A stretch of DNA of 64,000 bases from a virus (lineage: Duplodnaviria > Heunggongvirae > Uroviricota > Caudoviricetes). Below the pieces are notes generated by a model. That model did no database searches. It saw only the letters and a program-made list of their open reading frames with translations, and was not told the origin of the DNA. The stretch is from IMG/VR virus record IMGVR_UViG_3300028591_000006, positions 1-64,000 of that record; one strand, 5' to 3'. Below are positions 17,694-26,702 of the stretch, in pieces. Numbering within the stretch: the first letter of the stretch is position 1; each line of letters begins with the position of its first letter. The translations under genes were made by a program, and so were the position numbers.

Positions 17694-18164
17694 TTAACGT
17701 TCCGGAACTCTGTTCATAGAATTACGCAGATAATCTGAAGATGTTTCATTATTCAAATCTTTAGTTGGTTTTGCTACGTTATCAACATAAGCACCATTAC
17801 AGCGAAGTCTTACAAGGTTATCCAATTCAGATTTTTTAATCTCAAGAGCCTTTACACCAACACTGATACGGTCAAAGGTTGCTGTAGCATCACGAAGTTC
17901 TTTCATTGCTTTTACAACATCAGAGTCACACTGAACCATTGATTTAATAATGTCTTCAGTAACTTTCTTGCCTTCATTAGCACAGTGTTCACGAATAGCG
18001 ATATTACGCTCAGCCTGGATTACTTTAAGCATATCTGTTTTCTCAGATACTAAACCCTTAGCCTCTCGTGCCATATCTGCATAATTATAATAAGTGCTAC
18101 TCATTGTAATACATTCAGCTTCAAGATTATACTGGTCTACTTCTACATCTGATTTAATATCCAT
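17694..18164 (-). CDS. UvsY-like recombination mediator (tentative)
   Basis: About 150 aa. YNLEAECITMSSTYYNY and DMLKVIQAERN resemble the T4 UvsY N-terminal blocks. Located next to the SSB and UvsX genes. Confidence 0.3.
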   Translation of the reverse strand: MDIKSDVEVDQYNLEAECITMSSTYYNYADMAREAKGLVSEKTDMLKVIQAERNIAIREHCANEGKKVTEDIIKSMVQCDSDVVKAMKELRDATATFDRISVGVKALEIKKSELDNLVRLRCNGAYVDNVAKPTKDLNNETSSDYLRNSMNRVPER

Positions 18165-18179
18165 TATTTACCTCGTAAT

Positions 18180-18191
18180 TTAATTATAGAA
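18180..18191 (-). promoter_or_regulatory. phage promoter (-10 motif) upstream of the UvsY-like gene
   Basis: TTCTATAATTAA followed by SD gaggt and the ATG. Confidence 0.45.
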
Positions 18192-18196
18192 ATATA

Positions 18197-19130
18197 TTAT
18201 TTTTCAAAAATTTCATTGTAAATACTGTTACTCACATAATTACCATTTATTCTCCCATCACGCTTATACTTTTCAGTAGATAGATACCGTTTCTTAAACA
18301 CAGAAGACTCGTAACAATTTATAGGGTTTATACAATTTATATCAGGATTTATTCCCGGAAGAATCCAATCTTCAACTTCTTCTTTCTTCAGGATAATATT
18401 TCCATTTGTATATTCAGGCAGTTCTACAGACCTCTTCAAAGAATATGTAATCATTTCATCTGTCAGTTTAGACTTCGCATAATCATCTTTTATATGTTTC
18501 AATAGAGCAATGTCATTGGATACTATAGTTCCATTATCTCCGGAGAAACAATCTATACCAAGCAGACGCAGAACGATTCTATCTGATTCATTTAGAGTTG
18601 CTTTCAGATGATATTTCTTATTAATGCAATAGAATTGTTTCCGCAGCATACCTTCAAGATAATATTCAAGGTTGCGTTCAGTTAAATCTTCTTTATCAAG
18701 TTCTTCAAGTTTATGACGGATTATATTCAGATTTATTCCATTTTCTGTCAATGTAATATTGCCCGTCTCACCAAACAAACGAATAAACTTAGTATACCAG
18801 TAGGTTATCGTGTCGTAGCCTGCAAAAGGTATATGAGTTATAGAAGGGTCAAAGTCTTCCTTGAAGTATCCCCTTATTGCAAGTTCATCTTTATACTCAG
18901 TTGTCTGTCTGATTACCGGATAATGATTTACAGATATTTCACGTTTATGTGTGGCAACAGCTTTCTCAAAAATAGTTGTAGGTAATGTATCAAAAGAACA
19001 TTTAAGACAAATTCCTTTTATAGGTTTTGGAGATATCTTCCATTCACCCAGGGAATATACTTCCATACCTTCTTTTATTTCTTCAATGGGAATCTGACCT
19101 TGTTTTGTTGTAATCAATCTGTATTGCATA
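18197..19130 (-). CDS. free-standing intein-derived homing endonuclease (HINT + degenerate LAGLIDADG), lacking splicing residues
   Basis: YRLITTKQGQIPIEEIKEGMEVYS resembles intein block A but without Cys1. SVNHYPV resembles block B. LRLLGIDCFSGDNG resembles a LAGLIDADG motif. The C-terminus INGNYVSNS is a degenerate block G. The track ORF's N-terminal 48 aa translate a structured leader. Confidence 0.5.
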
Positions 19131-19330
19131 AGAAAAAGAATGAGAGCCGGAATAATCGTAAGAGTTGCATTATTTATTTCCGGCTCTCTGGAGCAAATAT
19201 GATAACAAAATATGTTAGCACATTTATAGATACAGAGGAGAGTTGCACTCCTAATTAAAGGGTTAATCCCCACCGGACCGATTTAAGTTACCGTTTAGAG
19301 GGACTGACATTTTACAACCGTTCACCTCCC
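19131..19330 (-). promoter_or_regulatory. structured 5' leader (about 200 nt) of the intein-derived homing endonuclease gene
   Basis: Contains an 11-bp perfect stem gagagccggaa/ttccggctctc (19142-19190) and other helices. The track ORF translates it as a nonsense N-terminus. Confidence 0.4.
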
Positions 19331-19363
19331 GTATTTACTATTCTACGCACTGTATCATCTATT

Positions 19364-19390
19364 TTAATTATAGAATATAAACAATTCTCA
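19364..19390 (-). promoter_or_regulatory. phage promoter (TTGAGAAT-13-TATAAT) driving the structured leader and the HINT-LAGLIDADG gene
   Basis: Full motif with T at position 1 of the upstream box. Confidence 0.5.
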
Positions 19391-19407
19391 AATTACATGT
19401 TATAAGA

Positions 19408-20313
19408 TTATTTATAAGATTTTCGTTGATAGCAAGTATTATAAAAATCAGGAAAATGTTGTCTAATATATTTCCCAGCTTTATTTTCAGCAATGCCAAA
19501 AAGTATTGATATTTCTTTAACCCAACCAAATTTAGAAAAATCTATATTAGAATTCTGTATAATATTCCAACGCTCATTTTCTAAAGATTTATCAATATAA
19601 GATATATGTTTTCTTGATTTCTTTAATTTCAAAGAATTTTCCAATTCTACCCAATATGAAACATCGGTATTATCTCTATTTGGAATAGAACTATATCCTA
19701 AATCAGACAACATAAAATTTTTACACTCTTCTTCAGATTCTATCCATTTAACAAAGGGATAATGTTCTTTAATGTAAACATCTTTATTATCTGAATTTTG
19801 ATGTTCCGAAATATATTTAGATTTTACTTCTATGAAACAATGATATGTTTCAACATAAAAATCAGGGAAATATCCATGTTCATTACCTTTTGAATCTAAA
19901 TAAGGAATTCTTATTAAAGGTTGATACCACTTAACACCAAGTTCATCCAAACGTTTAGCTACAATAAGTTCCCATTGCGAATCTAATTTTATTAACCCTG
20001 CTATTTTACTTTCATAAATTATTGGATTCTTACTGCGATATTTCCAAAAAGTATTATACTTAGTTCTTTCAGATGCTCTCTTACGAGATTCAGGTTTATT
20101 AAACCATGCGTTCTTTTGAATCTCAGATACTTGTTTAGATTTTTCAGGAGTCCATTCTCTTTTACGAGTATCCGCAGAACGCTGATAACATTGCATACTC
20201 CAAGATTTGCAAATATCACATTCTTTTCTATGAGCAAATAATTCTCTTCTAGTTCTAAATATTATATTACATTGTGATTTCCATGTACCATACGGTGAGG
20301 TTATAGTATTCAT
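19408..20313 (-). CDS. PD-(D/E)xK-family nuclease with an N-terminal zinc finger
   Basis: HRKECDICKSW zinc motif; GYFPDFYVETYHCFIEVKSKY has a PD...E-x-K arrangement. Confidence 0.45.
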   Translation of the reverse strand: MNTITSPYGTWKSQCNIIFRTRRELFAHRKECDICKSWSMQCYQRSADTRKREWTPEKSKQVSEIQKNAWFNKPESRKRASERTKYNTFWKYRSKNPIIYESKIAGLIKLDSQWELIVAKRLDELGVKWYQPLIRIPYLDSKGNEHGYFPDFYVETYHCFIEVKSKYISEHQNSDNKDVYIKEHYPFVKWIESEEECKNFMLSDLGYSSIPNRDNTDVSYWVELENSLKLKKSRKHISYIDKSLENERWNIIQNSNIDFSKFGWVKEISILFGIAENKAGKYIRQHFPDFYNTCYQRKSYK

Positions 20314-20335
20314 AAGAACTCCTAATTATAAATTA

Positions 20336-20424
20336 CTCGGTGGGCAGGATTCGAACCTACACAATTCATGTATGAATCACCAGAATCAAAATCTGGGGAG
20401 ATACCAATTACTCTTTACCACCGA
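20336..20424 (-). tRNA. tRNA, anticodon UUG (Gln-type), with an unusually long (about 19 nt) variable arm; 89 nt
   Basis: Acceptor stem TCGGTGG/CCACCGA. Anticodon arm CCAGA-UUUUGAU-UCUGG, with the anticodon at plus positions 20387-20389. T-arm GTAGG-TTCGAAT-CCTGC. CCA is not encoded. Confidence 0.6.
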
Positions 20425-20498
20425 AAGATATATAATATATAAATATTAGAACCTTATTAAAAGCCGTTGGCTTACCGCTTGCCGACGACCCACTATAC

Positions 20499-20528
20499 TT
20501 ATAATTATAGAAAAATCCTAATTCTCAG
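20499..20528 (-). promoter_or_regulatory. phage promoter upstream of the tRNA
   Basis: CTGAGAAT-13-TATAAT. Confidence 0.55.
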
Positions 20529-20964
20529 ATTCTTCCTTGTTATTGACTTCATTCACCTGCTGAAAAATAGATGTTGTTCCATTCATCACCTTATCAGCAA
20601 CACCTTGTTTTTCAAAATATTCAAGCAAAGCACTGTTATCTTCACCCTTGCCTTTCTTTGGTTCAAGAGCTTTAATCATAACTTCACCACGAAGAAGGGT
20701 TTCAATAAGTTTACGCTTACTTTCATTAACATCTGCCTTAGCCTTGCTCAATGTCTTTACAGCTGCAACAAGCTGTTCAGGGTCAAGAGCAAGAGAACCA
20801 TCATCAAGAATACGATACAGTTCATCAAGAGCCTTGTCTGTTGTCTTAGCCAGTTTATCTTCGTAATCTTTTACAGATTTAGAATTGATGAAATCAAACT
20901 GTTCTCTCAGCATAGGTAAAATCTCTGAGAGTTTATCATTGTTCGTTATCTGTTTCTCCGCCAT
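20518..20964 (-). CDS. hypothetical protein (148 aa)
   Basis: Minus-strand ORF. Confidence 0.45.
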   Translation of the reverse strand: MAEKQITNNDKLSEILPMLREQFDFINSKSVKDYEDKLAKTTDKALDELYRILDDGSLALDPEQLVAAVKTLSKAKADVNESKRKLIETLLRGEVMIKALEPKKGKGEDNSALLEYFEKQGVADKVMNGTTSIFQQVNEVNNKEESEN

Positions 20965-21307
20965 CTTCTTCTCCTGTAGATTCTATAACCGGAATATACC
21001 AGTGGTTGAGAATTTTCTTTTCTTCAGCAACTACGTTATACCATTCGCCTTTATAGAAAAGACTATCGTATTTTTCATAGTCGGCAAATTCTCGTTTGTC
21101 ATCTTCAATAAAATGAATGTTATGAGCATTTGCAGCATTAAGTCTTCGTTTAGAAGGTATGTGTAAATCCTGCCCTTCAAAGATATGCAATAACATAAAC
21201 AACTGGTCGCCACAAACAAGATATGCGGACAGTATTCTATCCATATCAATATTATTTTTCTGTGCCAGATTTAACAGCATTTTGTCGTTTGGTTTTGAAA
21301 ATATCAT
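20936..21307 (-). CDS. hypothetical protein (123 aa)
   Basis: Minus-strand ORF. Confidence 0.4.
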   Translation of the reverse strand: MIFSKPNDKMLLNLAQKNNIDMDRILSAYLVCGDQLFMLLHIFEGQDLHIPSKRRLNAANAHNIHFIEDDKREFADYEKYDSLFYKGEWYNVVAEEKKILNHWYIPVIESTGEEDGGETDNEQ

Positions 21308-21911
21308 TACGCCCTACCACGGATTTATCCATTGCTCGCCAAGCCGCAAAGGCTATTAAAGGTGCCGATTCTTTTTCCGATTTACCATCGTACTCGGTAT
21401 ATACCTTATATAACTCTTGAAGATTGACTTCTACCCCTAGTGAATTGGCATAACGCTCAAAATCACTGAACATTTCATATAATTCTGTTTCAGACTTCGC
21501 AATTAAATCAGATTGAATCACAGGGTCATCAGAATCTACTTCAGTCTTAGCAATCTTATTCTTCATATAAAGTCGCCAAGCTTCATTATTTATTCGGCTA
21601 ATACAGAAAGTCTGTATTTGTGAAATCTTGGGGTCAAACTCTGCTATTTTTGAAAGCAAAGCCTCCCAACACAAAGAATAGAAATTATCGAAATCTGTAA
21701 ACAGTGTCCACCTTTTATAAACTTTCCAACACCAGTATTTATAATCGTGTATAAACTCAGGTGTAAAAGTATGCGTAGTCAGATAACTTGTAAATCCACT
21801 GTACTTTGGTTGTTTCGCCATAACTCTACATCTCCATGGTTCCGGCAAGTCCATACTTAATCGTAATCTTATCCTTATACCATCGTTCAACTTCATGAAC
21901 CATACGGGCAT
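21252..21911 (-). CDS. sigma-70 region-2-like factor (gp55-like late sigma candidate)
   Basis: FYSLCWEALLSKIAEFDPKISQIQTFCISRINNEAWRLY parallels sigma region 2.1-2.4 (...kFDP..g.rFsTYA.wwIrq...). No clear region 4. Confidence 0.45.
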   Translation of the reverse strand: MPVWFMKLNDGIRIRLRLSMDLPEPWRCRVMAKQPKYSGFTSYLTTHTFTPEFIHDYKYWCWKVYKRWTLFTDFDNFYSLCWEALLSKIAEFDPKISQIQTFCISRINNEAWRLYMKNKIAKTEVDSDDPVIQSDLIAKSETELYEMFSDFERYANSLGVEVNLQELYKVYTEYDGKSEKESAPLIAFAAWRAMDKSVVGRNDIFKTKRQNAVKSGTEK

Positions 21912-22065
21912 AGGTTGTATTTCTTACAGGATACCAGTACATATATGTTCCTTTACTGAGATTTGTCTGTCCGTGGAACATTCCTTTATATCGTGCCGGT
22001 AATGTACAGGGTTTCTTTACACAAATCTGTACGCCAACAAGAAGTGTTTCTTTTTTCTCTGTCAT
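21826..22065 (-). CDS. hypothetical protein (79 aa)
   Basis: Minus-strand ORF. Confidence 0.3.
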   Translation of the reverse strand: MTEKKETLLVGVQICVKKPCTLPARYKGMFHGQTNLSKGTYMYWYPVRNTTYARMVHEVERWYKDKITIKYGLAGTMEM

Positions 22066-22250
22066 TCTTCTTCCTCTGAATCTAATTCAAAACATTCAAT
22101 CTCATAAGAATACTCATCTTCATCATGCTGAGAATTCAGACGGTCGCACATGTGCTTTGCTTTCTCTTTATCTGAAAAAGCTGCAATATTCCAAGATGCA
22201 CCATCCTGAGCATTATAAGCCTTGATGATATATGCTTTCATCAGATACAC
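22062..22250 (-). CDS. small acidic protein (62 aa)
   Basis: Minus-strand ORF. Confidence 0.35.
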   Translation of the reverse strand: MYLMKAYIIKAYNAQDGASWNIAAFSDKEKAKHMCDRLNSQHDEDEYSYEIECFELDSEEEE

Positions 22251-22432
22251 CTCATTGTAGATGTACGCATTGTAAGCTGACAGTTAAGTTCCTGGGAAAG
22301 TTTTTCCTTTGCAGATTCAACATCTTTCTGCAATCCGCTCATAACTACAGTTCCATCAGGTTTCACAAGCTGCCAAGTAGTTTCAGGTTCACCCTTAATG
22401 TTTACAATTCCATTTTTTCCAAATGCTGGCAT
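22241..22432 (-). CDS. hypothetical protein (63 aa)
   Basis: Minus-strand ORF. Confidence 0.3.
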   Translation of the reverse strand: MPAFGKNGIVNIKGEPETTWQLVKPDGTVVMSGLQKDVESAKEKLSQELNCQLTMRTSTMRCI

Positions 22433-22435
22433 AGT

Positions 22436-22729
22436 TTATTCCTCCGTTCCTACACAAAGTATATCATAAATGCTGACAAAATCATACTCAACTTCCTTAC
22501 CATCTTCTTTCTGTTTGACAGGAATATTGAGACCTTTCGGATAATAGACATACATTCCCACTTCAACACCAAATTTCTTAATGTCTTCGTGAGTACCTAC
22601 ATCTACTACAATACCCTCATACTTTCTTTCCTGACCGGCTGAGTCCGGAATAATAATTCCACCGGCTGTAACAACTTCGTTAGTTGCTACCTTTACTAAA
22701 ACTTTGTCTCCAAGTGCTTTGGTTTTCAT
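22436..22729 (-). CDS. GroES/Cpn10-family co-chaperonin
   Basis: MKTKALGDKVLVKV...TAGGIIIPDSAG...GIVVDVG...ILCV aligns with the GroES pattern (K-P-L-x-DRVLVK...SAGGI...G.VvAVG). Confidence 0.65.
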   Translation of the reverse strand: MKTKALGDKVLVKVATNEVVTAGGIIIPDSAGQERKYEGIVVDVGTHEDIKKFGVEVGMYVYYPKGLNIPVKQKEDGKEVEYDFVSIYDILCVGTEE

Positions 22730-23004
22730 AGAACAGCCTCCTTAGCTTTCTGATTCATCAATATATCAAGACACTCTTCATCACTAAGCGGAAGAAGTGA
22801 CTTCTGTTTATCCTTTTTTACTTTCTGAACAAGAGTTTCATCCACAACAGGAATCTTAAACTTTTCATCACTCATTGCTTTAATAGTATAATATTTTTGT
22901 AGAATTATAAACAATGAGATATAATCACGCTCAGAGAGTTCTTCATTATCTTCATACTTTAATGGTGAGATATGATACCTTTTTAATATTTCCTTAAAAC
23001 ACAC
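22726..23004 (-). CDS. hypothetical protein (92 aa)
   Basis: Minus-strand ORF. Confidence 0.35.
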   Translation of the reverse strand: MCFKEILKRYHISPLKYEDNEELSERDYISLFIILQKYYTIKAMSDEKFKIPVVDETLVQKVKKDKQKSLLPLSDEECLDILMNQKAKEAVL

Positions 23005-23055
23005 AATTATCTCCTTACATAAATCTTAGAAAATAATTATGTTAAATATTATAAT

Positions 23056-23349
23056 ATGAATGAAAAAGAATTAATAGAGAAATTAAAAGAACGATATGGA
23101 ATTATTTTTCCGGAAGGATATATTCATTTTGCTCTGACATTCAATGACCTGGATAAAAAATCAAAAGACCTTCAGCGACATCATATCTGTCCTCGCTGCT
23201 GTGGTGGTGGAAATGAAGATGAAAATCTTGTAAGAATTACATTCCACCACCATAGAAAACTTCATCAGTTAATCCTTCAAACTAAAGAACTAACTGACGA
23301 ACAAAGACAAAAACTTACTTTTGCTTATCAGAAGATGCGGGGATGCTGA
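23056..23349 (+). CDS. small HNH endonuclease (97 aa); plus-strand gene
   Basis: QRHHICPRCCGGGNEDENLVRITFHHHRKLH matches the HNH pattern (HH...N...H...H). Confidence 0.6.
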   Translation: MNEKELIEKLKERYGIIFPEGYIHFALTFNDLDKKSKDLQRHHICPRCCGGGNEDENLVRITFHHHRKLHQLILQTKELTDEQRQKLTFAYQKMRGC

Positions 23350-23459
23350 AACTCAATTCAACATAATCCGACTCTGTTATCTTTATACAATCTATAGCTA
23401 ATGTTAATTCCTCTGTTTCAGGGTCATAACTTTTCTCTATGATTTGTACATTAGTATAC

Positions 23460-23804
23460 TTACTCAATCTTTCTGTCTCCGCATACAATTCTTACATCAA
23501 ACACATCATCTGGAATATCTGTATAGATACTGAGAATTGCAACCTTATTGAAAATCATTTTAAGTTTATTCACTGTTGAAAGTAAATCCACAAGATATTC
23601 ATTCCATCGACCACTACCATTTTTGCCACCGTGAATAGCCCAAACATAATGTGGATTTCCAATTTCTTCAGGTGATGGAACTCCGGCAACATAATTTGTT
23701 GATAGGTTATCTGTTCCCTTAAGACATGAATCAAATTTCTGAATTATCTCAGAATCTTCAATCTTAATCCAATCTTCATTAAACTCGTTTTTAATCATTT
23801 CCAT
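23460..23804 (-). CDS. hypothetical protein (114 aa)
   Basis: Minus-strand ORF. Confidence 0.4.
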   Translation of the reverse strand: MEMIKNEFNEDWIKIEDSEIIQKFDSCLKGTDNLSTNYVAGVPSPEEIGNPHYVWAIHGGKNGSGRWNEYLVDLLSTVNKLKMIFNKVAILSIYTDIPDDVFDVRIVCGDRKIE

Positions 23805-23817
23805 AATTATTTCTCCT

Positions 23818-24450
23818 TTAGAATCTATGATTTACATCATAGGTATCATAATTTCGTTCTTCTGAGAATATAGCCAAGAATGTCACATCATCAGCCCATT
23901 TCTTATTGTAACCTGCCTGTAGACGGTCAAGAAGTGCAGATTTAAGACCTTCAATCTTTTTATACTCAGATACCAATGAGCCTGTAAGACCCTTTTTAGA
24001 TAATTCTTTATATGTATTTTCATCAAAGAAATATCCTATAATCTGATGCTGACGGTCCTGTAATTCTTTACCACGTTTTTGAAGTTCCTTAATTTCTTCT
24101 TCAGAAATATCAACACCACCACGAAGACGTTCTTGAAGCTGAGAACGTTTGTGTTCAAGACCAAGACCAAGTTTATCAAAAATATAATAAGGGGCATCTT
24201 CAGGAACACCATTTGGAAAATACTTATCCTTCATTTCTTTTCCAACACGTTCTCTTATTTCATTTGCAATCTTTTCGTTTTCTTTCTGTTTATTATATGA
24301 CTCTATATCATCTATAAGTTCTTCTCGAAAACGTTTCTCAAAATCTTCAGGTGTAAATTCTTTTTTACAAGCTTTCATTCTCGTTCCAATTGGAGCTGTG
24401 GCTTCATAATCATCAACTTTTTCATCCATATATTCATCAAATTTATTCAT
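23818..24450 (-). CDS. hypothetical charged coiled-coil protein (210 aa)
   Basis: Minus-strand ORF downstream of the SPFH gene. Confidence 0.4.
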   Translation of the reverse strand: MNKFDEYMDEKVDDYEATAPIGTRMKACKKEFTPEDFEKRFREELIDDIESYNKQKENEKIANEIRERVGKEMKDKYFPNGVPEDAPYYIFDKLGLGLEHKRSQLQERLRGGVDISEEEIKELQKRGKELQDRQHQIIGYFFDENTYKELSKKGLTGSLVSEYKKIEGLKSALLDRLQAGYNKKWADDVTFLAIFSEERNYDTYDVNHRF

Positions 24451-24505
24451 AATTATTTCTCCTATAAAAACAGGATTACCCTTTATGGATAACCCTGTAA
24501 TAATT

Positions 24506-25798
24506 TTATTTACTTGTAAGAGGTACTACAGCACCAGTACCAGGAACAATATAAGCTGCATCTGGAACTTCTTTACCATTCCAATGTTTAGCACGTTCCA
24601 TCTGAATCTCATAATCCCACTGTCTCTGATAAGCCTGCTGATTGGCAGCAATCTGTCTAGCCTCATAAGCGTCGGCATCTGCCTTAATCTTCTTTGCTTC
24701 AGCTTCACCGTGAGCCTTTGCAATTTCTGCCTGAGCATCAAGTTCTGCTGCCTGTCGATTTGCTTCAGCTTCCTTTACTTTCTTCTGTGCCTGAGCTTCA
24801 GCAATATTTGCCTCTTGCTCCGCAATCTTTACAGCCTGTGCTCGATTCGCCGTCTCCTTAATTTGACGGTCAAAGTCATCACTCCAGTCCCAATTGGTAA
24901 TAGTAGTCTGACTAATAAGAATTGGATAATCTGCCATACGAGAAAGAATCGCTGCAGCAACCTTGGATGTTACTTCAGGCTGTTTCTCAACAAGTTCATA
25001 AATAGAATATGTACCAACAACTTCTTTCACAGAAGCCATAATGTTTGATTTCATAGCGGATTCAACTACACTATCACCATATCTTGTAGCAACATCCATA
25101 ATCTTAGTTTCATCAAAAGCATATTTCACATTTACAGTAGTACCAACAGTCTGCATATCTTTTGTAATAGCACCGTTAGCACCTACAGGAAATGTCACTT
25201 CAAAAGTTCTTGGTGCAATACTGTATTTCTTTACTTTCTGAAAATAAGGTGCTTTAAATGTAAGTCCAGGTTCTACAACCTGTTTAGCTACACCAAACTG
25301 ATACAATACACCTCTTTCTCTCTGTTGAACTACAGAACATGAATTAATACTTGTTATTACGACAAACAATCCGATAAGTCCAATAACAACCCATTTTACA
25401 ATTTTCTTAATTGAAAAATCTTCTTCATCCATAATCTTACTCCTTTCTTTATGGTTTATTTTATTCTTTGGAACTCCAAAGTATCTTACAAGAACGTTAA
25501 TAACTTTATCTTGGTCGGTAATGGCTTGATTACAGTCATCCAATAACATAACAACAATTTCCGCCATTGGAACTCTGCTTGTATCAAAATATTCATTAAG
25601 TATTTCAACAATCTGGTCAAAGTCTGACTTCCATCCAGCACCATTACTTATTTCCATTATCTTTGACATAGCAGAAACAATGTCATTATAGTTCTCACAA
25701 TCTATCAATCGCATTACGCATCTCCTAATGGGATTACCCATAAGAGTAATCCCATTTAGAATTTTAACCCAACTGGGCAAGATAATCCTGGAAATCAA
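24506..25798 (-). CDS. SPFH/band-7 (prohibitin/HflKC-like) membrane protein, preceded in frame by a 120-aa upstream domain
   Basis: An internal start MDEEDFS (ATG 25428-25426, SD aaaggag) is followed by a TM helix (IVKWVVIGLIGLFVVITSI), an SPFH core and an Ala/Glu/Gln-rich coiled coil (AQAVKIAEQEANIAEAQAQKKVKEAEANRQAAELDAQAEIAKAHGEAEAKKIKADADAYEARQ). The N-terminal 124 aa have no stop separating them. Confidence 0.7.
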   Translation of the reverse strand: MISRIILPSWVKILNGITLMGNPIRRCVMRLIDCENYNDIVSAMSKIMEISNGAGWKSDFDQIVEILNEYFDTSRVPMAEIVVMLLDDCNQAITDQDKVINVLVRYFGVPKNKINHKERSKIMDEEDFSIKKIVKWVVIGLIGLFVVITSINSCSVVQQRERGVLYQFGVAKQVVEPGLTFKAPYFQKVKKYSIAPRTFEVTFPVGANGAITKDMQTVGTTVNVKYAFDETKIMDVATRYGDSVVESAMKSNIMASVKEVVGTYSIYELVEKQPEVTSKVAAAILSRMADYPILISQTTITNWDWSDDFDRQIKETANRAQAVKIAEQEANIAEAQAQKKVKEAEANRQAAELDAQAEIAKAHGEAEAKKIKADADAYEARQIAANQQAYQRQWDYEIQMERAKHWNGKEVPDAAYIVPGTGAVVPLTSK

Positions 25799-26702
25799 GC
25801 AATGCTACCCAGATTGCAGAAACACCATTACGGTATGTATCAGCATTACTGAAAGCCTGTATCATTGCAATAGCAGTCTTATTCATAGATTTCTTCAGAA
25901 CACTTGTAGCATAACTCATTACAAGTCTGCGTACACCTTCCGGATTGGTAGAAACATCATCTTTGATTTTCTCCATACACTCAACATATTTCTCCCAACC
26001 TTCAGTTCTGATAAGAGCACGGCACAGTTCTATAGCATCTTCATTCTCATCAATGTTAGGATTAAGTTTTATAAAATTTCTTCGTTCATCATCATTTTCA
26101 AGATAAAGAATCTGTCCTAAACGTTTAAGAGCATTTCTTGAAGAACCATTACTTTCAGCAGCGACTGTTTTCAATATTTCCTGGTCTATTGCAACACCTT
26201 CTTTATGAGCAACTGTTCTAAGCAAACGATAAGTTGTATCTAAATCTAAAGGTTTGAAACGTACCAATGATAATCTTGAACGTAATGCCTCTTTCAACTT
26301 TTCAGGATTTGTCGTAGCAAAAATAAATACAACCCATTCAGGTGATTTTTCAATAATTTGCAGCAAACAGTCTTGAGAATCATTTGTAAGCCCATGACAT
26401 TCATCAAATATATACACCAACTTGCTATTCTCTAAAGGTGTAAATTTAAGTTCTTCACCAATAGCACGAATATCCTCAATTTTTCTCTCATTAGATGCAT
26501 TAATCATACGAATATTCAATTCATTAGCACCCAAATACCTTGCTACACATTCAGCAGTGGTCGTTTTTCCACAACCTTTTTCAGCAACAAACAGAAATGA
26601 ATTATGCCCAGCTTGAAGTTCAGCTTTTATAGATTTTATGGCATCATCATTTCCAAGAATTTCATCGAAAGTTTTCGGTCTATACTTATTGTATAATTCC
26701 AT
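25764..26702 (-). CDS. clamp-loader AAA+ ATPase subunit (T4 gp44 / RFC small subunit-like)
   Basis: Walker A (VAEKGCGKTTTA), Walker B/DExx (VYIFDECH), and a sensor region. Confidence 0.75.
   Translation of the reverse strand: MELYNKYRPKTFDEILGNDDAIKSIKAELQAGHNSFLFVAEKGCGKTTTAECVARYLGANELNIRMINASNERKIEDIRAIGEELKFTPLENSKLVYIFDECHGLTNDSQDCLLQIIEKSPEWVVFIFATTNPEKLKEALRSRLSLVRFKPLDLDTTYRLLRTVAHKEGVAIDQEILKTVAAESNGSSRNALKRLGQILYLENDDERRNFIKLNPNIDENEDAIELCRALIRTEGWEKYVECMEKIKDDVSTNPEGVRRLVMSYATSVLKKSMNKTAIAMIQAFSNADTYRNGVSAIWVALLDFQDYLAQLG

Noticed and set aside
18197-19273. N-terminal extensions in track ORFs (18197..19273, 58142..58843, 13548..14315, 49121..50215, 26686..27693)
   Set aside because: The upstream portions translate promoters, terminators or structured leaders. 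Internal ATGs with SD elements were taken as the real starts.
20336-20424. Suppressor tRNA
   Set aside because: The anticodon reads UUG (codon CAA), not a stop-codon complement.
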